Positions 1-10,558 are shown, counted from the stretch's first letter. The stretch: 64,000 bases of DNA from Candidatus Cloacimonadota bacterium (GCA_030621085.1 JAUXIJ010000006.1:3499-67498), one strand, 5' to 3'. The notes: generated by a model from the sequence alone, not told the origin. Numbers and translations are program-made.

Positions 1-630
1 ATCTACTAATTGTCCATCTAAAGCTGCTCTATCGAGCTTTGTTTGATATGGTGGAGCATGAAATAAAAATATCGAATTCGAAAGATTCTCCTCCGCAGTT
101 AATTTCTCAAGATCATTTTTTATAGTTGAATATTCTTTTTCATGATCTGAAATGGAATAAGTTCTATAACCTTCAGAGGGTGAGACACAACCAACATCTA
201 CGAACCTGGAAACATCGTACCGTTCCCAATCTTTTAATAAGAAAGGACTTGGGGGAATATAAGCATATCCATATATTTGAAATTCTTTATAATTTGCTTT
301 CCGATTATGAATATAAGACCATATACCAAGATTTTCTGCTTCCAGAAAAGAAATTTCCTCACTTCTCGGATCATCATTTCCCAGTATTAAATACACTTCC
401 GGGTAACCATCACCAATATTTGCTTTTAAATCCAGAAATTTTTTAACCAAATATTCATTAACGAAATCTTTGGAATGGATATCAGACAAAGCATTAAATG
501 CTGCAATAGAGGGTAACAGGTCACCACCCAGAAAAACAATATCAGGTCGTTCTTTTTCTATTTCATTGAATAGTTTCTCGTATCTATCGATTTTTCCGTG
601 AATATCTGAAACGAAGAAGCATTTAATCAT
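1..630 (-). CDS. metallophosphoesterase (calcineurin-like), C-terminal part beyond window edge
   Basis: Absent from the ORF track because it is open at the window edge. My translation from ATG 630-628: MIKCFFVSDIHGKIDRYEKLF..IVFLGGDLLP..VYLILGNDDPR..IFLFHAPPY. This is the D-x-H-G / GGD / GNDD / H-A-P motif series of the family. Starts 19 nt after the preceding stop. Confidence 0.75.
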   Translation of the reverse strand, partial: MIKCFFVSDIHGKIDRYEKLFNEIEKERPDIVFLGGDLLPSIAAFNALSDIHSKDFVNEYLVKKFLDLKANIGDGYPEVYLILGNDDPRSEEISFLEAENLGIWSYIHNRKANYKEFQIYGYAYIPPSPFLLKDWERYDVSRFVDVGCVSPSEGYRTYSISDHEKEYSTIKNDLEKLTAEENLSNSIFLFHAPPYQTKLDRAALDGQLVD

Positions 631-649
631 TTTATCGATTGTTTTCCAG

Positions 650-3600
650 TTAAGAAATATCCTTCATTTTCAAGGGACGAGCTGCATTGGTTACAGCATC
701 GATCTTAATTGCATAGCTTGTTTTTTTCTTTATGTCATCATCTGTAATGATATGAACATCGAGCAATCCATCACTTTTAAATCCTGTTTTCTGATAATTT
801 ATTTCAGCCAGACACAAACTCCATCCTTCTAACCAATTCAAAAGTTCTTTTTTCTGTTTCTCAGTTCCCCTGAAATGTATTAATATATCTATATCACTTG
901 CAGGACCGGCAACAGCATTTTTGGTGCTTCCAAAAATATAAATTCCTTTAACTCCGAACCTACCGGGATCTAGTTCACCTGCAATTTGTTCTGCCATATT
1001 TGATCTCCATCTCCAGTGATTCTCTGATTGAGGAGATGGTAATAATTCAATTTCTTCTGTAATTTGAACTTCTTCTGTAGGAAAGGAAAGATAAGCCAAA
1101 GCTTCATTCGAGTCTGCATTCATTAAAATTTTAAGAATCTTTCCATCTGTCACTTTTCTTATATCGATAACTTTTATTACATCTTCTAATGAAGAAAATT
1201 CCGGTAAAAGATTTCTTAGAATATTTTCAGATTCCGTAAAAAATTTTTCATTAAATGCAATGCCTTTATCATCTGGATATAGAGGTAAATATTTAATTGA
1301 AGATTCAACCAGATCCTGAAAGAAATGAGTTCCGAAAGACAAATCCGGGGTATAATTTCCTTTTTTCTTTGCTATCTCGATCAGCATTGCAGTGTTATTA
1401 ATGCCCGAATATGTTATATTGACCCCAAGTTTAATATCTCCTCTGCTGCCCCATCTTCCAGGTCCCATTAGAATGAATTTCTTTTTGGGTAATACTTTAT
1501 TAATATTTTCAACTGCTCTTCCAATTGATCTCAATTCTTCAATGGTTTCCAGAGAATTATACATATCCGGATCGACATATACAATATGAGAAATATTCTT
1601 AAGTTTACCGTTTGACACATATTTTTTTGCATTAAAAATGATATTTTCTTCTGCTATATCTCGCGGTATTATGGAAGGAATATTATCTTTAGAATAGCAT
1701 TGAGCTCTGCACTGTAACAGATAAAAATCCTTTCCATCAGAAGCAAATTCAATATCTACCGGCATGTTGGTTTTTTCTTGAAGAATATCTAATACACTTT
1801 TCATTTTTTTCAAAAAAGGTGTTCCGGAAATCAATCCGTTAAATGTAACAATTAAATCATCTTCTTTAAAATTAAGATTAAATAATGGTTTAGATGAAAA
1901 CCGATTCTCTTCATAAACAGATACTATTTTTTCTATCACTGGATATTCATTACCAGATACTTTTAGTAGATCAGTTATTTCAATTGTTTCAAAAGAATTA
2001 TCTTTAAGATTGATAACATCAATTTGACGAGGAGAATATCGCAGGATCTCATCGGAAGTTATATTAACTTTCAGATTAGGTTGTCCCGGTGCAGTTAAAA
2101 TTGGATAATCATCGCTTAATCTGTCTACAGATCTAGTGCCCAATCCCGGAACCATTCGTACCAATCCATCTTCCCTTTTTATTCTGGGAGACCACCTGAA
2201 TTCATTATTACTGAAGGCAACTCCTGCATAAGAAGGCAGGAAGTAATCACCTACTTTTGTTCCTACAACTTCCTGAATTATCAAAGCCATCTCTTCATGA
2301 AAATCAAGTAATCCTCGCTCTTTTCTGTATTCGATCGGATCAGGTCCAAACGTGGAAGCATAGATTTCTGCAACTGCATCCATCAAAGCATTCAAACGTT
2401 CATTTTTGGAGCCCTGATTTGCTAAAAACAGACTTTTATATTTTCCTGAGAAAGCTGCTCCTACTCTATCTTCCAATAAACTGGAACTTCTTACAACTAT
2501 CGGGTTTTCTCCAAAATCGTCTAAAGCAAGTGATAATCCGTTTATCATATCATTAGGAAAATGAGAATTCTTAAAAATCTGAATGATATTACCGTATTCT
2601 TCACGGATCTGTTCTATTGATTTATACTTCTGTTCAAAAGCTTCTTCCAGATTATTATAATGAAGAAAATGCTGCATCGTATCTGAGGTTATACACCAGG
2701 TTTTGGGGATTTTAATGTTCAGGTCTTGATCATTATCTCCTTTTGCGTTTTTCAGGATATTATAGGCAAGAAATATACCAGCGCTTTTCCCGCCTAATTT
2801 TCCATGACTATTCTGCGGAAAAATAATGTGTTGCATAATATAATAAAAGTCTTTAACATTTACGTAATTTTTTGCGATATTAATGAACTCAAGTTGCTCT
2901 GTAAAAAGCCTGTAGATCAATAGAACATTGATATTTATGTTGGTATTTAAAGATAATTCTGTCTTATCAAGACCAAGATGACGATAACGACTTATAGCAT
3001 TCTGGATATCATTGAGAGAAGAAGCCAGGCTTTCAAGTGCTAAAATTAAGAAATCTAATTTATCTTCCTGGATCCATTTTTGAAAATTTTTTAATATATC
3101 TTCATCACTCAGATATTCAGAGGCTATTATAAAAACCTGATCACTAAGATCGGTCATTGATTCTATATCTCTTTTCTTACTTGGAATATTTAAATCAAAA
3201 GTTGAATTTGTGGTTTTTGAATTTTTTTCACCCTCAAAAGAAAGTAGTAATTCCCTTGCTTTATCTATGCCTATCAGGCATAAATAGTTCATCATTTTCC
3301 TAGAGATTCTTAAAAATAAGCTGGAATCGGTTGCTTTTATCAGATCAATAATTATTTTCCAATCCTTTTTTTTATGGCTTTCAATAACATCTTTTACCGT
3401 GTCCAGCTCCATAACAGTTTGTTTCAACTTTTTATGATAAATATAATTACCTACTCTTTCGGTAATTGTCTTTAATAATTTTTTTTCATCAGGTAAGAAC
3501 GGATCTTCCTTACATAATCCGGTTGTATCAATATAAAAAACCTGAATTTTTCCAACAATTTTCTTTTCCACGATAATGTTTGCACTTAGAAAACAGTCTG

Positions 3601-3835
3601 TTTCCTTAAAACCTCCAGATTGAAATACCAGGTTTTTATAATTGATTTTCACCTTACAAATCTTGCTATATTGCCAACCCGGCGGAATTACTTTGATTAA
3701 CTTTTTAAAGATGTCTTCAAGCTCTGCATTATAATTTTTCAGGATTTTTTCAACATTGTATAAACAGTTTAATTCTTTTGCTCTTTCATTGAGATTTTCT
3801 ATTAATAACTCTAAATTCTTACTTTGTTTTTTCAT
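650..3835 (-). CDS. PEP/pyruvate-binding (PPDK_N, ATP-grasp-like) domain protein with C-terminal minimal nucleotidyltransferase domain
   Basis: 1061 aa. Has GGKSAGIFL and VVRSSSLLEDRVGAAFSGKYKS (PPDK_N signature). C-terminal FGS-x10-DIDILIHF ... DVHIITDDD is an MNT/Pol-beta type NTase motif. Shares a GPGRWGS..PDLSFGTHFF module with the upstream paralogue. No phospho-His swivel motif seen. Confidence 0.7.
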   Translation of the reverse strand: MKKQSKNLELLIENLNERAKELNCLYNVEKILKNYNAELEDIFKKLIKVIPPGWQYSKICKVKINYKNLVFQSGGFKETDCFLSANIIVEKKIVGKIQVFYIDTTGLCKEDPFLPDEKKLLKTITERVGNYIYHKKLKQTVMELDTVKDVIESHKKKDWKIIIDLIKATDSSLFLRISRKMMNYLCLIGIDKARELLLSFEGEKNSKTTNSTFDLNIPSKKRDIESMTDLSDQVFIIASEYLSDEDILKNFQKWIQEDKLDFLILALESLASSLNDIQNAISRYRHLGLDKTELSLNTNININVLLIYRLFTEQLEFINIAKNYVNVKDFYYIMQHIIFPQNSHGKLGGKSAGIFLAYNILKNAKGDNDQDLNIKIPKTWCITSDTMQHFLHYNNLEEAFEQKYKSIEQIREEYGNIIQIFKNSHFPNDMINGLSLALDDFGENPIVVRSSSLLEDRVGAAFSGKYKSLFLANQGSKNERLNALMDAVAEIYASTFGPDPIEYRKERGLLDFHEEMALIIQEVVGTKVGDYFLPSYAGVAFSNNEFRWSPRIKREDGLVRMVPGLGTRSVDRLSDDYPILTAPGQPNLKVNITSDEILRYSPRQIDVINLKDNSFETIEITDLLKVSGNEYPVIEKIVSVYEENRFSSKPLFNLNFKEDDLIVTFNGLISGTPFLKKMKSVLDILQEKTNMPVDIEFASDGKDFYLLQCRAQCYSKDNIPSIIPRDIAEENIIFNAKKYVSNGKLKNISHIVYVDPDMYNSLETIEELRSIGRAVENINKVLPKKKFILMGPGRWGSRGDIKLGVNITYSGINNTAMLIEIAKKKGNYTPDLSFGTHFFQDLVESSIKYLPLYPDDKGIAFNEKFFTESENILRNLLPEFSSLEDVIKVIDIRKVTDGKILKILMNADSNEALAYLSFPTEEVQITEEIELLPSPQSENHWRWRSNMAEQIAGELDPGRFGVKGIYIFGSTKNAVAGPASDIDILIHFRGTEKQKKELLNWLEGWSLCLAEINYQKTGFKSDGLLDVHIITDDDIKKKTSYAIKIDAVTNAARPLKMKDIS

Positions 3836-5559
3836 TTTAATATCACTCCTGTTCCGTTGCGACCATCCACCTTTACTTTCAAAGGTGATGATAATTGAAC
3901 ATGCTGCACGAATTTAGTTTCAGTAATAATTTTCTGCTTTAAAAGCCAGCTCCAGTCAATCTTTATTTTTTGAGTATTCTTGCATGAGAAATAAAAAATC
4001 CCAAAACTGGTTATATTATGAAAGAAATGAGAACCTTGGCTATAATCCGGATTCATGTCCGGCAGGCTGGATTCCACGATAACTTTTGCACCGGATATCT
4101 GATTCCAGACAACAGGAATTCCCAACCATGGATCTGAAGATCCCCACCTGCCAAATCCAATTAAAATGTAATTGATATCTTTATCGGTCAGAGAAGAATT
4201 GATCTGCTCAATTTCCTTAGACATCGCTCTTGTATACTCAGCTCTGAAATCGTTTGGTTTGATAAAGACAATGTCTTTGATCGTATCATTGACACCATTA
4301 CCCATAATATGATTGGAATAAATAAATATCTTCTCCTGCTTGTAATCTTCGATATGAACTTCAACAAATCTATTTGAGACAACCATGGGTCTTACCTGTA
4401 AAAAACCAAATCTGGCAGATTGGATATTATCCGGCTTATAAGATATCGCAAATTCAATTTCAACTTCTGTCTGAAATTTTTCTTCTGATACTTCCATTAT
4501 TTTTTTCAAGACCTCATTCAAATGTATGATCTTTGTCTTTAAGATCGGCGCAAATGTAATTACTCTTGGTCCATAACCGGAAATTCCAGAATAGATACGG
4601 TCGGATTGAAGATCATAGGTAGAACAGATGTTTTTGATAATATCGTCTTCTTCTGCTTCTTTAAGCGTGTGCTTCTCGAGGTATTCTGTTTCTTTAATAG
4701 GATCGTATTCAGAAAGTTTCCCCAAATTAACAGACCAAAACTCAGTTTGAGTCATCTTTAACATATCATTTGTAGAATTATAAGGTGGTGGAGCAGCAGG
4801 AAATTCTGGTGAATAATTCCACACTTTTCCTCCATCAACAATTGATTTTCCAAGACCCAAAGCAAGGCTCACAACTCCACCTTCCGGTTTAGATTTTCCT
4901 GTGGGATAAAAATTATACGATCTGGCAACACCGGATATGGCCGGATAAAATCTATCGCTATATTTTTCTCCAACTATTTCCTGGATTACAACAGCCATTT
5001 TTTCTTGCTTAATATCTTTTTTTATTGCTTTAAAATAGTTCTTGGAACTACTGAAAAAAGTGGAAGCATAAACAAATTTTATTGCTTCTACTAATTTATT
5101 GAAACGAGTTTTAGTATCAAATTGATTATTAGGGATCATTTTCGTTTCGAAAATTCCAGCCAGAGGTTCATACATTTTATCTTCGAACAAACTTGAGGAC
5201 CGAATAGCCAGAGGTTTGTGAATTTTAGAAATAAGACTGAATAAGTCACCATCGATGAAAGCCGGTAAACTTGCTTTTTGGAAAGCATTTGCAATAATAT
5301 CATCAGATTGATCGGATAAGGCAAGATTATAAAGGTCATTTTCTTTCATGAAAATATCAAAGATATCTGTTAAAATAACTGTCATTTGTGGAATATCAAC
5401 AGTTATATCATTGAATTTATTGTCTTTAAAAACAGAATCTATTGTATCTTTCATCAAGATCAGGCTGGAAGCTTTACCACCCGGTTCATCATTCCCTATG
5501 AAATTGAAGCTGCTGTTCTTATACATGAGGTTTCTATCAAATATTATTTTTTTATTCAT
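3832..5559 (-). CDS. PEP/pyruvate-binding (PPDK_N) domain protein, paralogue of the downstream gene
   Basis: 575 aa. Has GGKASSLILM, LAIRSSSLFEDKMYEPLAGIF, and C-terminal GFGRWGSSDPWLG..PDYSQGSHFF. ATGA overlap (3832-3835) with the next gene. Confidence 0.7.
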   Translation of the reverse strand: MNKKIIFDRNLMYKNSSFNFIGNDEPGGKASSLILMKDTIDSVFKDNKFNDITVDIPQMTVILTDIFDIFMKENDLYNLALSDQSDDIIANAFQKASLPAFIDGDLFSLISKIHKPLAIRSSSLFEDKMYEPLAGIFETKMIPNNQFDTKTRFNKLVEAIKFVYASTFFSSSKNYFKAIKKDIKQEKMAVVIQEIVGEKYSDRFYPAISGVARSYNFYPTGKSKPEGGVVSLALGLGKSIVDGGKVWNYSPEFPAAPPPYNSTNDMLKMTQTEFWSVNLGKLSEYDPIKETEYLEKHTLKEAEEDDIIKNICSTYDLQSDRIYSGISGYGPRVITFAPILKTKIIHLNEVLKKIMEVSEEKFQTEVEIEFAISYKPDNIQSARFGFLQVRPMVVSNRFVEVHIEDYKQEKIFIYSNHIMGNGVNDTIKDIVFIKPNDFRAEYTRAMSKEIEQINSSLTDKDINYILIGFGRWGSSDPWLGIPVVWNQISGAKVIVESSLPDMNPDYSQGSHFFHNITSFGIFYFSCKNTQKIKIDWSWLLKQKIITETKFVQHVQLSSPLKVKVDGRNGTGVILK

Positions 5560-5598
5560 TTTAGTAAAGTTCCCATCAGATTAATGCATTTGCTTCCA

Positions 5599-5631
5599 AT
5601 AAAAAAAGCAGGGAACTTTAATGTCCCCTGC
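5599..5631 (-). terminator. rho-independent terminator of gdh
   Basis: Minus-strand RNA GCAGGGGAC-AUUAAA-GUUCCCUGC (9 bp), followed by UUUUUUUAUU, 14 nt after the gdh stop. One pair is G-U here and would be a C-A mismatch on the other strand. Confidence 0.8.
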
Positions 5632-5644
5632 CATATAATTTAGA

Positions 5645-6928
5645 CTATATCCAACCTCTATCTCTGGAAGCCTGTGCAACTTTGTTTATCGAGATCACAT
5701 AGGCAGCATCCCTCATATAAAGATTCTTTTCTTTGGCCAGTTTAGAAACATCGAGATATGCAGAAGTCATTTTAACATCCAGCTTTCCAAAGACTTCATC
5801 CTTTTCCCAGTAGTAATTCATATTACATTGAACCTGTTCAAAATAACTGCATGTTACACCACCGGCATTTGCCAGGAAATCCGGGATCATGTGAATTCCT
5901 CTTTCCTTGATAACTGCATCTGCTTCCGGGGTGGTTGGTCCGTTCGCACCTTCAGCAATTATTTTTACTTTAGAACTGATCTTATCAACGTTATCTTTCG
6001 TGATCTGATTTTCAAGAGCAGCAGGAATAAGAATATCAACTTCCTGCTCGATCCATTTATCACCAGATAATACTTCATAACCGAGAGCTTTGGCTTTTTC
6101 TTTGTCGATACCACCAAATCTATCCGTGATAGATAATAGAGCATCAACATCGATCCCATCAGCTTTTGCGAATGTATAAGAAGTATTATCAGCTTGATCC
6201 CAAGAGGAAACACAAACTACTTTTCCACCTAATTGATTGTAAAGTTTTATGGCATATTGAGCAACATTTCCGAAACCTTGAAAAGCAGCAGTAGTATCTG
6301 CCGGTTTGATATTCATTTCCTTCAAAGCTTCTCTAACTGTGAAGATCACACCATAACCGGTTGCTTCTGTTCTTCCCAGCGAACCACCCATTCCAACAGG
6401 TTTTCCAGTGATCATTCCAGGATATTTTGCTCCGCGAATAGCTTCATATTCATCGAGCATCCAAAGCATGTGCTGAGCACTTGTCATAACATCCGGTGCA
6501 GGAACATCCTGCAATGGTCCAACATCACGTGCAATTTTTCTTACCCAGCCTCTGCAGATCTGTTCCTGTTCTCTTTCACTCAAATTATGAGGATCACAGA
6601 TAACTCCTCCTTTACTTCCTCCCAAAGGGATATCAACAACTGCGCATTTCCAGGTCATCCACATAGATAGAGCACGAACAGTATCTATTGTTTCCTGGGG
6701 ATGGAATCTGATTCCACCCTTACCGGGTCCCCTGGCATCGTTGTGCTGACATCTGAATCCCCTGAAAACTTTCGATGTTCCATCATCCATTTTTACTGGA
6801 ATACTGAAATGATATTCCCTTATCGGATTTCTTAATAAATCCTTTGTTGCTTCATCTAAATTTAAGATTTCGGCAACATCATCAAACTGCTTCTGAGCCA
6901 TCTCAAAAGCGTTAAATGTCCTACTCAT
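5645..6928 (-). CDS. gdhA: glutamate dehydrogenase (Glu/Leu/Phe/Val dehydrogenase family)
   Basis: 427 aa. Has GKGGIRFHP, VVDIPLGGSKGG and a GFGNVAQ Rossmann motif. Confidence 0.9.
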   Translation of the reverse strand: MSRTFNAFEMAQKQFDDVAEILNLDEATKDLLRNPIREYHFSIPVKMDDGTSKVFRGFRCQHNDARGPGKGGIRFHPQETIDTVRALSMWMTWKCAVVDIPLGGSKGGVICDPHNLSEREQEQICRGWVRKIARDVGPLQDVPAPDVMTSAQHMLWMLDEYEAIRGAKYPGMITGKPVGMGGSLGRTEATGYGVIFTVREALKEMNIKPADTTAAFQGFGNVAQYAIKLYNQLGGKVVCVSSWDQADNTSYTFAKADGIDVDALLSITDRFGGIDKEKAKALGYEVLSGDKWIEQEVDILIPAALENQITKDNVDKISSKVKIIAEGANGPTTPEADAVIKERGIHMIPDFLANAGGVTCSYFEQVQCNMNYYWEKDEVFGKLDVKMTSAYLDVSKLAKEKNLYMRDAAYVISINKVAQASRDRGWI

Positions 6929-7220
6929 TTTTAACTCCTTTATTTTTTTTTATTATCGATGACTTTTTATTTTTTCCTAAATTTATAGTCAATATGTTTA
7001 TATTGTTTTCAGTATTTTATTTTATTTTAAAAATTTACTTACGTAAGTGTTATATTTTATAATAGATTGAATTGTAATATTTTTTTCAAAAAAGTTTTAC
7101 TTTTAAGACATGAAAGCATGGCATATCCGCTTTATAAAATAGTAATCTGATACCCTTTTACCTTGACATAATATGAGAGTATAAAGTTTATTTTGGCTGT
7201 AATTTAAAAAAGGATTAAAT

Positions 7221-8801
7221 ATGAAAAGATTGGTAGTTCTTATTATGTTGCTTTATGCAATTTCGATTTTTGCACAATATGGAGACATTAGCTGGAATTC
7301 TCCGCAATTAACTTCAAACAATTCCTTTTCCTTTTTAGAAAAAAACCTGGATGAATCTAACTTGTTTTCGTTGAAAAATATACGGGTGTTACGAGATTCT
7401 TCTACCATTAATTTTGCGCTTTTTTCCTGGCAGGATTTCAAACATTCAGTAAGTAATTTCTTTTCGCAGGATGATAATTCTTATTTTCTTTACTACCGAT
7501 CACCGGATAGGCAACCTAATCGATTAGATCCAAGATCTTCCTCAATGTCTTTTCATCCTAACAACATACCGCTAAGATCTCTTCTCAGGTTTAGTTTACA
7601 TACCGGAAGCGACTTCGCAGTAAAAGGTGATAATAATTATTATTTTGTTTTTTATGGTACAAAACTTTCCGGTTATATTAACCGCAGACTGTTTTTTTAC
7701 GGATACTGGTGGGCAGGTCATTTTGCAGGCGATACAGATTATGCAGATTCGACTTCAGCTCTGATTGATAGCTGGACGCAAAGTTCCAGCGATAACGATC
7801 AAATCCATCTTGATAATATTACCGGTAAAATTACCTATATTGGGAAAGGTAATTTTTGGTCAGCTTCTATTGGTAGAGGAAAATACGAGATAGGAAGCAA
7901 TATCGGTGGAAGTATCATCTTGAACAATGACTGCAATGATTATGGATATTTCAGTAATAAGTTCATTTTTAAAGAACTTTATATCTCATTTCTGCATGCC
8001 ACTCTCATACCGGACAGCACCAGCTACCTGGAAGATAAAAAATATACAGATAAATTCCTGGTGATTCATAAGATCGGTTGGACACCGAATAATAAATTTG
8101 AACTTTTCCTGGGCGAAGAAGTTATTTACGGCAACCGGAATATCGAGGTGAGTTACCTGTTACCTATAACATTCTGGCGAGCTACGGAGCATAATATTGC
8201 TGACCGCGATAATGTGCTGATCTTCGCAGGAATGAATTGGAAACCGATAAATAATAATCTTATTTACTCTAATTTTATTCTGGATGAACTGCGAAAAAGT
8301 GAGATTTTTGGAGATTGGTGGGGAAACAAATATGCATTGCAGATGGGAAATTCCTATACTTTTGACCAACAGAGGAATTTGAAGTTAAGCTTGGAATTTA
8401 CAGCGATCCGTCCCTGGCTATATACACATTACATCTTGCATAACAAGTTTTCTCATGACAGGATAGGATTAGGTTTTCCGGAAGGAAGCAACCTGATCCA
8501 GTTCGCAACAGAATTCAATATTGATCTAAGACAAAACTTGAATTTCAACCTGCATTCAGCTTTCACCAGGCAGGGAAGCGTGGGAAACAGTTTCAGCATT
8601 AATTATGAGTCACGTGATAAATCAAAAGATAACGACACACATTGGCTGGAAGGAGAAATTACCAATAAACTTTCTCTTTGCCCTGTGATAACCTGGCAGC
8701 CACTAGCTCATCATCATCTGAAAATTGGACTTTCTTCTACACAGACCGAAGAAGAAGATATGGAAAACGAAATATTCATCAGTTATCAGGCAATTTATTA
8801 A
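7221..8801 (+). CDS. putative outer-membrane beta-barrel protein
   Basis: Signal peptide MKRLVVLIMLLYAISIFAQ. 526 aa with an aromatic C-terminus (..ISYQAIY). Its stop overlaps the GT2 start (TAATG at 8799-8803). Confidence 0.5.
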   Translation: MKRLVVLIMLLYAISIFAQYGDISWNSPQLTSNNSFSFLEKNLDESNLFSLKNIRVLRDSSTINFALFSWQDFKHSVSNFFSQDDNSYFLYYRSPDRQPNRLDPRSSSMSFHPNNIPLRSLLRFSLHTGSDFAVKGDNNYYFVFYGTKLSGYINRRLFFYGYWWAGHFAGDTDYADSTSALIDSWTQSSSDNDQIHLDNITGKITYIGKGNFWSASIGRGKYEIGSNIGGSIILNNDCNDYGYFSNKFIFKELYISFLHATLIPDSTSYLEDKKYTDKFLVIHKIGWTPNNKFELFLGEEVIYGNRNIEVSYLLPITFWRATEHNIADRDNVLIFAGMNWKPINNNLIYSNFILDELRKSEIFGDWWGNKYALQMGNSYTFDQQRNLKLSLEFTAIRPWLYTHYILHNKFSHDRIGLGFPEGSNLIQFATEFNIDLRQNLNFNLHSAFTRQGSVGNSFSINYESRDKSKDNDTHWLEGEITNKLSLCPVITWQPLAHHHLKIGLSSTQTEEEDMENEIFISYQAIY

Positions 8802-9838
8802 TGGATTTAATTATACTGGTTTTCTCTGTTTTCTTGATAATTCTCGGATTGAGTATCTTACGAAACTGGAAGGTTAAATCCCCTGTGCAAAACACTTATT
8901 CCATCCTGATAGCCTGTCGTAATGAAGAAAGTAATTTACCTGAATTATTTCAATCCCTCAGAAAGATCGACTATCCATATGATAAATTCGAGATTATTAT
9001 TGTAGATGATGCATCTGATGATGATTCCTTCAGGCTGATCAGCAATTTCTGTACTGATTTTAAGAATGCGAAATGCTTCCGACTCGAAGAAAAAGACACT
9101 GAATATTTTGGTAAAAAAGCCGCTCTCAAGAAAGCTGCTGATAATGCGATTTTTGATTTTCTGCTCTTCACAGATGCCGATTGCTTTCCGCAACCAGATT
9201 GGCTGAAAAGTTATAATAAAAATATCTCCGATAAAACAGGCATGGTAGTGGGAAATTATGAAGAGAAAAATGCATCGAGTTTCCGAATATTTTCAAACCG
9301 TATATCCTTTGCCATTTTTGCAGGCACCATTGGATTGAATTGTCCTTTCAGCGCTGCTGGTGGCAACTTGGCTGTACGAAAGAAAGCATTTCTGGAAGTT
9401 GGCGGTTACGATAAAATAAGACATCATCTAGCCGGGGATGATAAACTACTTCTTAACCTGATAAGGAAAACAGATTGGCAGATATCCTATAACCCGGAAT
9501 CGGTTGTACAGACAAAAGCAGTTCCCGATAAAACAAGTTCCTATCACCAGCAGAAAAGGCGTTACGGAAAGTTCGGTATGTCATCATTCGGCTTTAAGAT
9601 AATATCGCTTTTAATTGTATTGATATATCTATATATCCCTGTGAGATTCTTTGTTTTCAAAGATTGGGAAAGCGTATTGATTTACTTTTTGGGAACTCTT
9701 TTCTTCTGGGCAATGAACATTGCAAAGCATAAATTTCGATTCAGAATGATCGATCTGATCTTTATTCTGATCTATCCTTATTATCTAATTATATATTCAA
9801 TCTTAGGAACTTTCGGCACCTGGAATTGGAAGAATTAA
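8801..9838 (+). CDS. family-2 glycosyltransferase, membrane-bound
   Basis: Start moved to ATG 8801, because the ORF-track start 8678 lies inside the upstream gene. N-terminal TM helix, then ILIACRNEESNL..FEIIIVDDASDD..FTDADC (GT2 D-x-D signatures), then C-terminal TM helices. Confidence 0.8.
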   Translation: MDLIILVFSVFLIILGLSILRNWKVKSPVQNTYSILIACRNEESNLPELFQSLRKIDYPYDKFEIIIVDDASDDDSFRLISNFCTDFKNAKCFRLEEKDTEYFGKKAALKKAADNAIFDFLLFTDADCFPQPDWLKSYNKNISDKTGMVVGNYEEKNASSFRIFSNRISFAIFAGTIGLNCPFSAAGGNLAVRKKAFLEVGGYDKIRHHLAGDDKLLLNLIRKTDWQISYNPESVVQTKAVPDKTSSYHQQKRRYGKFGMSSFGFKIISLLIVLIYLYIPVRFFVFKDWESVLIYFLGTLFFWAMNIAKHKFRFRMIDLIFILIYPYYLIIYSILGTFGTWNWKN

Positions 9839-10440
9839 TCTATAAGTTCAGAAATTGTGACGAACTTATAACCCATCTCGCGAATATCTTTAACTAATAT
9901 ATTTACAGTTTCCACAGTTACACTGCGATCCCCACCACCATCATGTAATACGATGATCGAGCCGGGTTTAATCTTTTTCAAAACCTTTCCAACAATTTCA
10001 TAGGGATGAGCATATTTATAATCTTTCGGTCCGATATCCCATAAAATCATCTTTTTCTTCATTTTTTTCAATAATGATATTAACAGAAATGAAGTCCTGC
10101 CAAAAGGTGGTCTGAAAGAAATAGGCTGGCAGGCTCCTGCTTGTAGAAGTTGTTCATCAGCTTTTTCGATTTCGGTCCTGAGCCATTTGAGTGGTCTGCA
10201 GCGCATGGTTTTATGAGAATAGGAATGATTTCCAACTTCGTGACCATCGGAGATGATCCTGCGCACAATATCCGGATTTTGTTCAACCTTTTCTCCTGTT
10301 AAAAAGAATGTTGCCTTTATAGAATATTTAGCAAGCAAATCAAGAATCTGACCGGTGTAAGGTTCTTGCGGACCATCATCAAAAGTTAAGGCTATAACCC
10401 ATTTTTTTCTATTGCCATGTCGTATGATCATCCCTTTCAT
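9835..10440 (-). CDS. polysaccharide deacetylase (NodB homology domain)
   Basis: Has LTFDDGP, HEVGNHSYSH and FRPPFG motifs. Its stop overlaps the convergent GT2 stop in TTAA (9835-9838). Confidence 0.85.
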   Translation of the reverse strand: MKGMIIRHGNRKKWVIALTFDDGPQEPYTGQILDLLAKYSIKATFFLTGEKVEQNPDIVRRIISDGHEVGNHSYSHKTMRCRPLKWLRTEIEKADEQLLQAGACQPISFRPPFGRTSFLLISLLKKMKKKMILWDIGPKDYKYAHPYEIVGKVLKKIKPGSIIVLHDGGGDRSVTVETVNILVKDIREMGYKFVTISELID

Positions 10441-10558
10441 TCTCTTCCCTTTCTCTATATATAATCTAATTAGTTGACTGTTTACAGCAACTTCTTAAAT
10501 TCGGGATTGATTAAGAAAGAATATTGGCTGTAAGGTCAAGAATTATTAAGAAAGAAAT

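Noticed and set aside
7163-7168. TTGACA hexamers as sigma-70 -35 boxes (7163-7168, 28871-28876, and gene-sense at 13665-13670 and 14901-14906)
   Set aside because: No acceptable -10 hexamer lies at 16-18 nt spacing in any case, and the lineage may use non-canonical promoters. No promoter features were called.
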